Source: Rhodospirillaceae bacterium MC!
GTDB taxonomy: Bacteria > Pseudomonadota > Alphaproteobacteria > MC1
Assembly: GCA_002632265.1 (NCBI GenBank)
Contig: NQOV01000007.1
Span: 143,823 to 207,822 of the forward strand
DNA: 64,000 nucleotides
Direction: 5' to 3'
The notes under the pieces: generated by a model
The model's input: only the letters and a program-made list of their open reading frames with translations
What the model was told of the DNA's origin: nothing
Database searches by the model: none
Position numbers and translations under genes: made by a program
In this document: positions 32,646 to 41,727 of the stretch, piece by piece
Layout of the letters: each line of letters starts with the position of its first letter
Position numbering within the stretch: position 1 is the stretch's first letter

Positions 32646-33586
32646 TATCCGATCAAACATCTTAACATACACACCACCATATCCTATCAAACATCTTAAC
32701 ATACACACCACCGTATCCTATCAAACATCTTGCCATACACACCACCATATCCTATCAAACATCTTGCCATACACACCACCATATCCGATCAAACATCTTG
32801 CCATACACACCACCATATCCGATCAAACATCTTGACATACAAGACGCCCTATCCTATCAAACATCTTGACATACAAGACGCCCTATCCTATCAAACATCT
32901 TGACATACACACTACTATATCCGATCAAACATCTTGCCAGACACATTACCGTATCCTATCAAACATCTTAACATACAAGACGCCCTATCCTATCAAACAT
33001 CTTAACATACAAGACTCCATATCCGATCAAACATCTTAACATACACACCACTATATCCTATCAGACATCTTGCCATACACACCACCATATCCGATCAAAC
33101 ATCTTGCCATACACACTACCGTATCCTATCAGACATCTTGACATACACACTACCATATCCTATCAGATATCTTGACATACACACTACCATATCCTATCAG
33201 ATATCTTGACACACACCACCATATCCGATCAGACATCTTAACATACACACCACCATATCCGATCAGATATCTTGACAGATACACCACCATATCCTATCAG
33301 ATATCTTGCTAGACACACTACCATATCCTATCAGATATCTTGACATACACACTACCGTATCCTATCAGATATCTTGACATACGCACCACCATATCCGAGT
33401 AGATATCTTGACAGACACCACAACATATCCTATCAAACATCTTGACATACACAATACCATATCCTATCAAACATCTTGACATACACACCACCATATCCTA
33501 TCAGATATCTTGACATACAAGACTCCATATCCTATCAGATATCTTGACATACACACTACCATATCCTATCAGATATCTTGGCAGAT
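32646..33586. repeat. Non-coding tandem array of 27 full and 1 partial 34-bp units
   Basis: Consensus TATCC(T/G)ATCA(A/G)A(C/T)ATCTT(G/A)(A/C)CATACACAC(C/T)ACCA; one unit is 32 bp; no unique spacers. Confidence 0.95.
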
Positions 33587-33699
33587 AATTCAAACATAAC
33601 AGTGTTACATATAGAATGTTTGATTGCATGTACTGGAGTTTGTCATCTCATTCATTGTCCCTAACATGGGTATTTTAAACATTAATGTATTTTCCATGT

Positions 33700-34365
33700 G
33701 CTGGCCTAATATAGGTGTAATATAAGTATATATAACACTAATATAGATATATTATAACGAATTGATGATATGTTTAAAAACAGTTATCTTATTAAATCGC
33801 ACTTAAAATAGCAATAGATGTACTCATATTATATATTTAGTTTAGGCCAGCAAGTATAATAATCAATAGAGTAAAAAAACAACCATTGTTCTTTATAGAT
33901 GTTCTGTTATAATTTAGAAATGACAATAACAAGCATTCAGATTTAAGGAGGAAGATATAATATGACTGTTATTATATCTTCTATTTATTCTTATATTTCA
34001 CGGCCTAAGGTATATATATTGTGAATATATCTAATAATATCTTAAGTATAGTTTAATAAAATATTATTTTGAGATATGTACTTAATGTATTATTATACAT
34101 CTAAACTAACATTGTATATACTTTAGGCCGTAAATTGAAACTTATGAGAATTGTAATATGATATCGTCTTTTATAAATAAAATATGGCTGTTTTATATTC
34201 TATTTATTATTCTATTCTACGGTCTAAAATATGTAGATAATACGTATATATAATAGTGCTTTAAGTGTAATTTAATAGAGTGAGATTTCTGGATATATCA
34301 TTAATTTATTATAACATATCTAAACTAATATTATATATACTTATACTAAATCATCTTTAGGCCAT
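33700..34365. repeat. Three diverged copies (one inverted, two direct) of an AT-rich element bounded by GGCCTAA/TTAGGCC
   Basis: Cores at about 33700-33851, 34000-34131 and 34219-34365. The interiors and ~45-bp flanks align with one another by eye. Confidence 0.75.
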
Positions 34366-34621
34366 GAATTGAAAAAGTAGGAATTATATGGAATAGGTGG
34401 TTATGTTTGTGGGTAAAGATATCGTAAAATATATTCTTTGATTAAAATACTAATACAGAAAAGTAATATTTTTCTTTCTCGTAATAAATCCTTAATACAT
34501 TTTGTCATATAATACTATACATAGTATATAAAACACTCTTTTCAATAGAATTAAATATTGTAAATTAATATGAAAACAATAGCATATCAGTATTATATAC
34601 ATATAATAATATAATATTCAA

Positions 34622-35719
34622 ATGGAGTTTTATAAATATACCATGGCCAAAGTACGATTAAAAGATATTGCTGAAGTTGCCAAACTTTCACTTTCTACAG
34701 TGTCAAGAGCTTTAAATAATGATCCAGAAATTTCCTTGGAAACTGTAAAATACGTTAAACTAGTAGCCGAACAAATGGGCTATATCAAAAATAAGGACGC
34801 CAGTTCCCTACGCACTGGCACGAATCAAAACATTGTTCTTGTGAGTGTTGCAGGAACAAACAATAACGATATCTTTTTCAGCCCCAAATATCACGCCATG
34901 CAGGATGGAGCTTTTAAGGCTGTAGAAAAAACAAATCTTAGCTTATTCATCTTACCAGTTAACTTAGAAAACATCATCGAAAAACTTGATACATTATGTA
35001 AAGAAAACAAACCCCAAGGATTAATTATCGATGGTCAGTATCTACGAGTGGAAACCATAAAAGCCATACAGAAATTTCAAGTCCCCATGGTGGTATTACA
35101 GAATAATGAATGTCTTAGCGTTCCCAATATTATGATCAATCAAGATGTGTACGTCTATGAAGCGATAAAATCTCTGATGTTAAAGGATGTTAAGAAAATA
35201 TATCTTTGTCATTCTTTAGTTCAGAATTCATCTTCTAATCTCTATAAAGAAGGTGTTAACATGGCTCTAAATGATAGCCTAAAACAATACGATATTCGCC
35301 ACCAATACGAAGAGTTATTCAGCAATAACGCAGGATTCTCAAGCTTTGTCGAACGTGTTATCAGAAAAAATAAGGATAAAAACATCGGCTTTATTGTTTC
35401 ATCCACAAGTTACAGTGCGTCAATTTATAGTGCTTGTGCTAGAACTAAAGCAGAAATAGGCAAAACTGTTCACTTAGCTACCCTAACATCCATTCCCGAA
35501 TTCTTCGCCATTACCCATGTGGCATCCAACATATGGTTTGTAGATTTCAAAGAGCTAGGAACATTATTAGTAGATACTCTCTTGCAATTCATATCAGGCG
35601 TGCCAGCGAACCAGCTACAAAAAAATATCTCTCCCACACGCATAAGAAAAGACTACATCGAAAAACGCCAGCAAGCCCAACTACCAAAAGAAACCAAAAT
35701 TACCATTTTAGATCTATAA
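34622..35719 (+). CDS. LacI-family transcriptional regulator
   Basis: RLKDIAEVAKLSLSTVSRALN HTH and ASSLRTG hinge; alternative start at 34643. Confidence 0.92.
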   Translation: MEFYKYTMAKVRLKDIAEVAKLSLSTVSRALNNDPEISLETVKYVKLVAEQMGYIKNKDASSLRTGTNQNIVLVSVAGTNNNDIFFSPKYHAMQDGAFKAVEKTNLSLFILPVNLENIIEKLDTLCKENKPQGLIIDGQYLRVETIKAIQKFQVPMVVLQNNECLSVPNIMINQDVYVYEAIKSLMLKDVKKIYLCHSLVQNSSSNLYKEGVNMALNDSLKQYDIRHQYEELFSNNAGFSSFVERVIRKNKDKNIGFIVSSTSYSASIYSACARTKAEIGKTVHLATLTSIPEFFAITHVASNIWFVDFKELGTLLVDTLLQFISGVPANQLQKNISPTRIRKDYIEKRQQAQLPKETKITILDL

Positions 35720-36005
35720 AGTGAGATAAAGCTCATAATATCACATATAATATTGAATTTTAAGACTTAAATAAACATATAAAAATACTTAACATTTATT
35801 AAAAAAGTATTAACATTAGAAAAACAAAGTAAAATATAACTCATAAGAAAAAAACATATAATGTTAAATTAATAATTTCATAAGTTAGTTAATATCATAA
35901 TTAAATAGCCACTAAGATATTGATTATAACAACATATCAATACATTATATAAGATAACTTACAATATAACTTTAAAATATTTCTGTAAACTTAAAAAATT
36001 AATTC

Positions 36006-36034
36006 TTGACATATTTAAGTTTATGTTTTATAAT
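36006..36034 (+). promoter_or_regulatory. Perfect-consensus sigma70 promoter
   Basis: TTGACA-17 nt-TATAAT. Confidence 0.75.
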
Positions 36035-36183
36035 ACATAAAAAGTATAGCATAAGTATGATAATAAGTACATTAATAAGTATGGTCATAAGCAGAGTGTA
36101 AGTATAATATGAGTATGGTAATGAGTATCATAATACATATTGTATCCACTAAAGACAAACAAAAATATAAAGGAATTTTTAAA

Positions 36184-37281
36184 ATGTTAAAAACAAAACT
36201 CAAGCAACTAATGGAAAATTTACATGCCAACGAGCAAATAAATTATGAATTCGCCTTAAATAGTGAAGAAGCCACAAACTCGGTTATTGTAGAACCATTT
36301 TGCCAAATACTAGGTTATAAGAGCGAAAACTTTGCCGAATTCAGAAGAGATATAGCAATCAATTACACCAATTCCAAAGCTGATTATGGTATTTACTATG
36401 AAAATCAGCTGGCACTTATTATTAAGACCAAGAAATTAGCCACAGATTTTAATATGCAGGATCTAACCAACTTTAACAATTTATTTTATAAATCAAAGTC
36501 TCAATTTGCCATTCTTACCAACGGATTAGAGTATCGTTTTTTCACTTGCGAAGAAAAAAACAACACAAGAACCATAAATAACGAGCCATTTTTCATCTTT
36601 AACTTAAAAGAATTCACAGATACGGACATCCAAAAACTAGAAAATTTCAAGCGTGAAAATTTTAATCCCAATGAAATCATACACACCATAGAAAAAATCA
36701 ACATCTTAGAATCTTTCAAAAGTAAATTACTAGAAGAGATTGAAAATCCTAGTATTAATTTTGTCAACTTTTTCATTCAAGAATCCAACTATAAGTTCCC
36801 AGAATATTACCAAAATCATCAATGCACTCCCATACTTAAGGACGCTATGGAACAGATATTTAATTTAACTCATCCCAATTCCTCACATGATGAGCAGGCA
36901 AGCAATAGCCAACATCTAACCAATAATGATTACGATACTCATTTTAACAAGCTAGCCATTAACAATCTAAAAAACATCATGAATATCCTACGAGAGTATA
37001 TATTTAGCCTAGATTCTAACATAGGAGAAAAAACCCACTCTTCTTATATAGGTTACTACGCCAACAAGAATTTTATCCGAGTATTTACCCAAGCAAAATC
37101 CATAAAAATATATTTAAGATTAAACGATTCAGACATGCTAAAATACGAAGAATACGGCAAAAAACTTCCCGATGGTCATCGCCACGGATTAGTACAATTT
37201 AACATACAAATCACAGAAAATAGTAATCTGGAAAAAATAAAAGAAATGATTCTCGTTGCCTATGAATATACACAAAAGTAA
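36184..37281 (+). CDS. HsdR N-terminal-like PD-(D/E)xK domain plus DUF5655-like C-terminal domain
   Basis: EEAT...PF.Q.LGY, KADY, FAILTNGLEYRFF; C-terminal YIGY..KNFIRV. Start MLKTK after AAGGA. Confidence 0.75.
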   Translation: MLKTKLKQLMENLHANEQINYEFALNSEEATNSVIVEPFCQILGYKSENFAEFRRDIAINYTNSKADYGIYYENQLALIIKTKKLATDFNMQDLTNFNNLFYKSKSQFAILTNGLEYRFFTCEEKNNTRTINNEPFFIFNLKEFTDTDIQKLENFKRENFNPNEIIHTIEKINILESFKSKLLEEIENPSINFVNFFIQESNYKFPEYYQNHQCTPILKDAMEQIFNLTHPNSSHDEQASNSQHLTNNDYDTHFNKLAINNLKNIMNILREYIFSLDSNIGEKTHSSYIGYYANKNFIRVFTQAKSIKIYLRLNDSDMLKYEEYGKKLPDGHRHGLVQFNIQITENSNLEKIKEMILVAYEYTQK

Positions 37282-37387
37282 CAAATATCTTTTCCACCCT
37301 TAACTCTCTCTATAAATTTAATTCTTTCGTAATCATATTAATATATAATCATACACATGAATAAAAAATACTAGGTGAGTTTGTAGA

Positions 37388-37840
37388 ATGCGTAACAATG
37401 TAATCAATGATTTTTGGAAAAGAAAATCACTAGAAGATATGACACATGAAGAATGGGAATCCCTGTGCGATTTTTGTGGTAGATGTTGTTTACACAAATT
37501 AGAAGACATTGAAACCCAAGAAATATGCCACACTCGAGTATCTTGCAGATTGTTAAATCCCGTTGATAGCAGTTGCACAAAATACAACAAACGTATGCTT
37601 TTAGTTCCTGATTGCGTAAAAGTAGCACCCCATAACATCCAAGATATCATCCATTGGATGCCGAAAACTTGTAGCTACAAACTGCTATACCATAAAAAAG
37701 ATCTTCCCCCATGGCATCCGCTAATTACAAATGATCCCTTAAGCACGACCAAATCAGGCAATAGCGTTGCAGGAAAAACCATAAGTGAACTTGATGTTTT
37801 AAACTTGGATGACCACATAATCAATGAAGAAGATTTATGA
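37388..37840 (+). CDS. ycgN: YcgN/UPF0260 cysteine-cluster protein
   Basis: FWKRKSLEDMT.EEWESLCD.CGRCCLHKLED, VPDC, WMPKTCSY, LPPWHPL. Confidence 0.92.
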   Translation: MRNNVINDFWKRKSLEDMTHEEWESLCDFCGRCCLHKLEDIETQEICHTRVSCRLLNPVDSSCTKYNKRMLLVPDCVKVAPHNIQDIIHWMPKTCSYKLLYHKKDLPPWHPLITNDPLSTTKSGNSVAGKTISELDVLNLDDHIINEEDL

Positions 37841-37961
37841 TTCTCTCACATACACATATTAGATTCTCTAAATTCTCTCACAATTCTCTCACACATGTGA
37901 TTCTATAAAGCTAATATTTAAGGGAAAAATCAAGAAATTTCAAAAATAATTAATTTTACGC

Positions 37962-37990
37962 TTGCATATCAAAAAGTTTTATGCTATGAT
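37962..37990 (+). promoter_or_regulatory. sigma70 promoter of 6S RNA
   Basis: TTGCAT-17 nt-TATGAT. Confidence 0.6.
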
Positions 37991-37997
37991 ATATAAA

Positions 37998-38150
37998 TGG
38001 ATGAAAGCTGGAATCTGCCGTGATGTGGATTTATCAGGAGCCTTATACGTATATAAAGGGAGCTGTCCCTGTTCTTACTCGTGGGTAGAGCATATGGCAC
38101 CCACTTGGTGATTTTTAGGCACCATGAAGATTTCCGACACACGTTTTTTT
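37998..38150 (+). ncRNA. ssrS: 6S RNA
   Basis: GC-richer intergenic island with AAGGGAGCTGTCCCTG...CATATGGCACCCAC, matching the alphaproteobacterial 6S signature as recalled; GGAATCT/AGATTTCC closing stem; promoter upstream. Ends approximate. Confidence 0.8.
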
Positions 38151-38200
38151 TGGCTTTTATCCTTTATTTCTTAATATGAAAAAACATCATAACAAACAAC

Positions 38201-38245
38201 AAAATACTTTATAGCGATCATTAACAAGCTATAAAGTATTTTTTT
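38201..38245 (+). terminator. Intrinsic terminator downstream of 6S RNA
   Basis: AAAATACTTTATAGC...GCTATAAAGTATTTT followed by a T-tract. Confidence 0.65.
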
Positions 38246-38358
38246 CTTGATTTTTCCTTGGCTTTTATATACAATTACTTAATTCTTATATGATTCTTAA
38301 AGGGCGTAATATGTGATACATTCACATCTTACCTTGCAAACACGAAGCCGAGCTTGAA

Positions 38359-39540
38359 ATGAAACCAATAAAAAAACAAACTCTATTACTTATCGCTATC
38401 CTTTCCCTGCTTACAATAATTAGTAATTACAAAATAGCACATGCCAAAGTAACGAGTTATAATATTAATGGTGTTTATGTGAATGTTCAATCTTCTTCCA
38501 GTGCAAAAGCACGTGAGAAAGCTTTTGCTATCGGCAAGCAAAAAGCATTCGCCATGCTTATGGAAGAGTTGGTAATGGCGAGCGATCTGAAAAAACTTCC
38601 ACCTTTAGAAAATAACATTTTAAGTTCCTATGTGGCTTCATTTGGCGTTCAAAGTTCTAAAACAACGCAAAAAAGCTTTTTAGGAGTTCTAAATTTCACA
38701 TTCGATTCTAAAAAGGTAAATAACTTTTTAAGATCATCTAAAGTTAATTTTGTTCGTATCAGTAAAAAGCCCGTGTTAATTGTGCCTGTGAGTAAATTCG
38801 GCACTCAATATATGATCGGCTATGCCCATGATACAACCAAATTATGGCAGAAATCTTGGCGAGAAACAAGAACATCAAATTATGGTCTAGTTTCCTTTAA
38901 GTATCTTTATACTTCTTCTGTTTTGCCCAAATCATTAAGCCCTAACCTGTTAGTCAAAGGCGATCGCCGTGCAATTCTAGCCTTGAGACGACATTTCGGC
39001 TTGTTAGATATTGCGATCGTCTACATTGCATCAGGCAAGGGCGGATTGGCGGGGCGTGTTTTATATGTTCCCATTCATAACAAGCGTAAGATCTTAAACA
39101 TTAGCCATAGCCCCAACTATAATGATAGCATACATAAAGCTAAGAAATTGATTTCCAGCTATTGGAAACTCAACAATATGCAAGAAAATTCCAACACTGA
39201 TTCGAAAATACAAATTGTTTCTACCATTCGCAAAATACAACCATGGTTACGCTTAAAAAGATATATTACAAGCGTTGGCACTAATACCCATTTAGTATCA
39301 CTACAAATGGGACATATGGCATTGGTTACCGATTACCCAGGTGGTGGGAAATATCTTGCACATTTATTACGTGGCTACGGATACAATATGGTATATAAGG
39401 ATTCATATTGGGAAATATCTCTCATTGGACAATCTGCCATTAAGAATAGTACAGGCAAAAAGGGGAATGTGAAGAAAATAGATTCCGCTCCTGTAAAAAG
39501 CATGAATGCAGAAAGCTCAAATCTACCCATGGCCAACTAA
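38359..39540 (+). CDS. DUF2066-like exported protein
   Basis: Signal peptide (AHA-K); VYVNV..SSAKAREKAF..GKQKAF; FD..KV..FL; PVLIVPV; upstream of hdaA. Confidence 0.7.
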   Translation: MKPIKKQTLLLIAILSLLTIISNYKIAHAKVTSYNINGVYVNVQSSSSAKAREKAFAIGKQKAFAMLMEELVMASDLKKLPPLENNILSSYVASFGVQSSKTTQKSFLGVLNFTFDSKKVNNFLRSSKVNFVRISKKPVLIVPVSKFGTQYMIGYAHDTTKLWQKSWRETRTSNYGLVSFKYLYTSSVLPKSLSPNLLVKGDRRAILALRRHFGLLDIAIVYIASGKGGLAGRVLYVPIHNKRKILNISHSPNYNDSIHKAKKLISSYWKLNNMQENSNTDSKIQIVSTIRKIQPWLRLKRYITSVGTNTHLVSLQMGHMALVTDYPGGGKYLAHLLRGYGYNMVYKDSYWEISLIGQSAIKNSTGKKGNVKKIDSAPVKSMNAESSNLPMAN

Positions 39541-39607
39541 AAAAGTACCCATAGGATTGTAAGATTGGGATTTTAAGATTAGAATTTTAAGATTAGGATT
39601 TCAAAAT

Positions 39608-40312
39608 ATGGAAAAAATAGAAAAAAATGAACAATTGGGTTTATCTTTATTTTTCCCTGCTGATTATCATGAAGATAGTTTCATAGTCTCTTCATTCAAT
39701 CATATGGCGGTAAAGACATTGGAGGCGTATCCCAACAAATGGAATAGAAATACTTTAATTATCTACGGTAGTAACGGCTCGGGCAAAACTCATCTCTTGC
39801 GATCGTTAGTTATGAAACATCAGCCATATTTCATGAGCTTTGATCATAACTATGCAGGTAATTACATGCAGATGATCGGCGAAAATGAATTAATTATAAT
39901 AGAAAACATCCATGATGTCTTTAAAAATAGCAATCTCACAGAAGAAGATTTATTTCATATTTTAAATTATATTCTCGAAAAAAATAAGCATATAATATTA
40001 ACTGCCAACAAGCCAGTACTTGAATGGGGTCTTGCATTGCCTGATCTCTTAAGTAGGCTCAACTCTTCGGCTATCGTGAAAATAGATAACCCACCTGATG
40101 AAATTCTTTTACAAATATTTTCCAAACAGCTATCAGATATGGGCTTATTTCTTACCCCTAGATTACTGGAATATGTATCCGTACGTATGGATATGTCTTT
40201 TTTATGCGTGCAAAAGCTCTCAAGCGAAATAAATACTCTCTGCACAACCCAGCAAAAACCCATAACCCTTAACATCATAAAGGACGCCCTAACCAACATT
40301 AGCGATTCCTAA
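39608..40312 (+). CDS. hdaA: DnaA regulatory inactivator Hda/HdaA
   Basis: N-terminal QLGL clamp-binding motif, GSGKTHL, LFHILN, LPDLLSRL. Confidence 0.88.
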   Translation: MEKIEKNEQLGLSLFFPADYHEDSFIVSSFNHMAVKTLEAYPNKWNRNTLIIYGSNGSGKTHLLRSLVMKHQPYFMSFDHNYAGNYMQMIGENELIIIENIHDVFKNSNLTEEDLFHILNYILEKNKHIILTANKPVLEWGLALPDLLSRLNSSAIVKIDNPPDEILLQIFSKQLSDMGLFLTPRLLEYVSVRMDMSFLCVQKLSSEINTLCTTQQKPITLNIIKDALTNISDS

Positions 40313-40355
40313 GAGTTTATCCTAGAAACTTATTCTAAGAATTTATCCTAGAAAT

Positions 40356-40910
40356 TTATTCTAGTAATTTATGCCAGTAATTTAATTGGGTGATATCGGC
40401 GAGTATGGTGGGATTTTTGCTTGTGAGTTTGGTGGTTATGGTGGTTGTTATGGTAGTGATTTCTGACTTTATAGATTTTTTAAGTTTACGTTTTTCTAGG
40501 GTGCTAGCGGATTGTAGTTGTTCTTGATATTCCATAACTTGCATTAGGATATCAGGATTAACTTTTACATTATTTAAGGTTTCATCATTAGCTATAACAC
40601 CTAGTAACTTGGCCATGGTTATGGCTCTAAATACGGGATTTTGTAGGTCTTTGTAGGCGTTGTTAATGTCTATAGAATATTGGCTGGCGATTAATTTTTG
40701 TTCGTCAGTTGAGTTAATGAATTTATCGGGATGGGTAAGAGCTAGGGAATTTCTGAAAGCTTTTTCAAGATCAGCAATTGTTAATGTGAAATTTTGTTCT
40801 AAGGATAACAATGTAAAGGGATCTAATTTTTGATAGGCTACTAGCTCGCCATTTTTATCTATAAAATTAAACTGTAAAGGATTCGCCACAACCACATCTA
40901 TCCTTTTCAT
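40356..40910 (-). CDS. hscB: Fe-S co-chaperone HscB
   Basis: J-domain HPDKF, INNAYKDL.NPVFRA, LMQVME; follows iscA. Start uncertain because it overlaps iscA. Confidence 0.85.
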   Translation of the reverse strand: MKRIDVVVANPLQFNFIDKNGELVAYQKLDPFTLLSLEQNFTLTIADLEKAFRNSLALTHPDKFINSTDEQKLIASQYSIDINNAYKDLQNPVFRAITMAKLLGVIANDETLNNVKVNPDILMQVMEYQEQLQSASTLEKRKLKKSIKSEITTITTTITTKLTSKNPTILADITQLNYWHKLLE

Positions 40911-41199
40911 TGGGATTTTTAAAGACAAAACCTTCTTCAAGATCATTCTCTTCATAGCCGATTTCCAAACCTAAAACAAACATAATCGCCTTAGGATCTA
41001 TGTAGATACTCACATCATCGAATACGGCTTTTTCATCAAAGCTTGTTTCTTCGTCCACATATTCCATAGTGTAAGCCAGACCAGAACATCCACGAGTATT
41101 TACGCCAATGCGAATACCTAATGTATTTGGTTCGTTGCGATCATCTATCATGGCTTTAATTTTTGTTAAAGCTTCGGGGGTGGCGTTAATTGGTTGCAT
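40867..41199 (-). CDS. iscA: Fe-S cluster assembly A-type carrier
   Basis: GCSGLAY, FKNPN..CGCGESF. Confidence 0.95.
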   Translation of the reverse strand: MQPINATPEALTKIKAMIDDRNEPNTLGIRIGVNTRGCSGLAYTMEYVDEETSFDEKAVFDDVSIYIDPKAIMFVLGLEIGYEENDLEEGFVFKNPNEKDRCGCGESFTV

Positions 41200-41202
41200 A
41201 AT

Positions 41203-41586
41203 TTAAGAGTCCTTTTTATCTTTGTAATCTGCAATGGCCATTTTCACGGCGTCTTCTGCAAGTACAGAACAATGGATTTTTACTGGCGGTAATGCCAATT
41301 CCTTAGCGATATCAGTATTTTTAATGGTTGACGCTTCTTCAACAGTCTTCCCTTTTACCCATTCACTAACTAAAGATGATGACGCAATGGCCGAGCCACA
41401 ACCAAAGGTTTTAAACTTAGCATCTTCAATGATCCCCTCGTTATTTACCTTGATTTGTAACTTCATCACATCGCCACAAGCTGGAGCTCCCACCAAGCCA
41501 GTACCTACGCCCTTTTCTTCCTTTTCAAATGATCCGACATTTTTTGGGTTATCGTAATGATCTATTAATTCTTTTGAATAATCCAT
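41203..41586 (-). CDS. iscU: Fe-S scaffold IscU
   Basis: GAPACGDVM, FGCGSAIASSS, LPPVKIHCS. Confidence 0.98.
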   Translation of the reverse strand: MDYSKELIDHYDNPKNVGSFEKEEKGVGTGLVGAPACGDVMKLQIKVNNEGIIEDAKFKTFGCGSAIASSSLVSEWVKGKTVEEASTIKNTDIAKELALPPVKIHCSVLAEDAVKMAIADYKDKKDS

Positions 41587-41670
41587 AATATATATACCTT
41601 ACTCTTTTTATGATTTTTGTCTATAGTATTAATTATAGTACATTTTACTTAAAATACCAGCTTTTTTTTA

Positions 41671-41727
41671 ACATGTTTACCTTAGCCTCACTTAAAGGCA
41701 TTAAACGACTGATTTTTCACAATTTTA
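41671..41727. repeat. Half copy of the 109-bp palindromic element at the iscS stop
   Basis: ACATGTTTACCTTAGCC is identical to the core of the 22885 copy, followed by a subtype-B-like arm. Confidence 0.6.

Noticed and set aside
32646-33586. CRISPR or TIGR-type guide array
   Set aside because: Units are contiguous with no unique spacers. The variable positions reuse a few alleles, and there is no cas or Nop-domain gene in the window.
32635-34621. Replication origin in the 2-kb non-coding island
   Set aside because: I found no cluster of TTATCCACA-type DnaA boxes, and no dnaA, hemE or parAB genes are adjacent.
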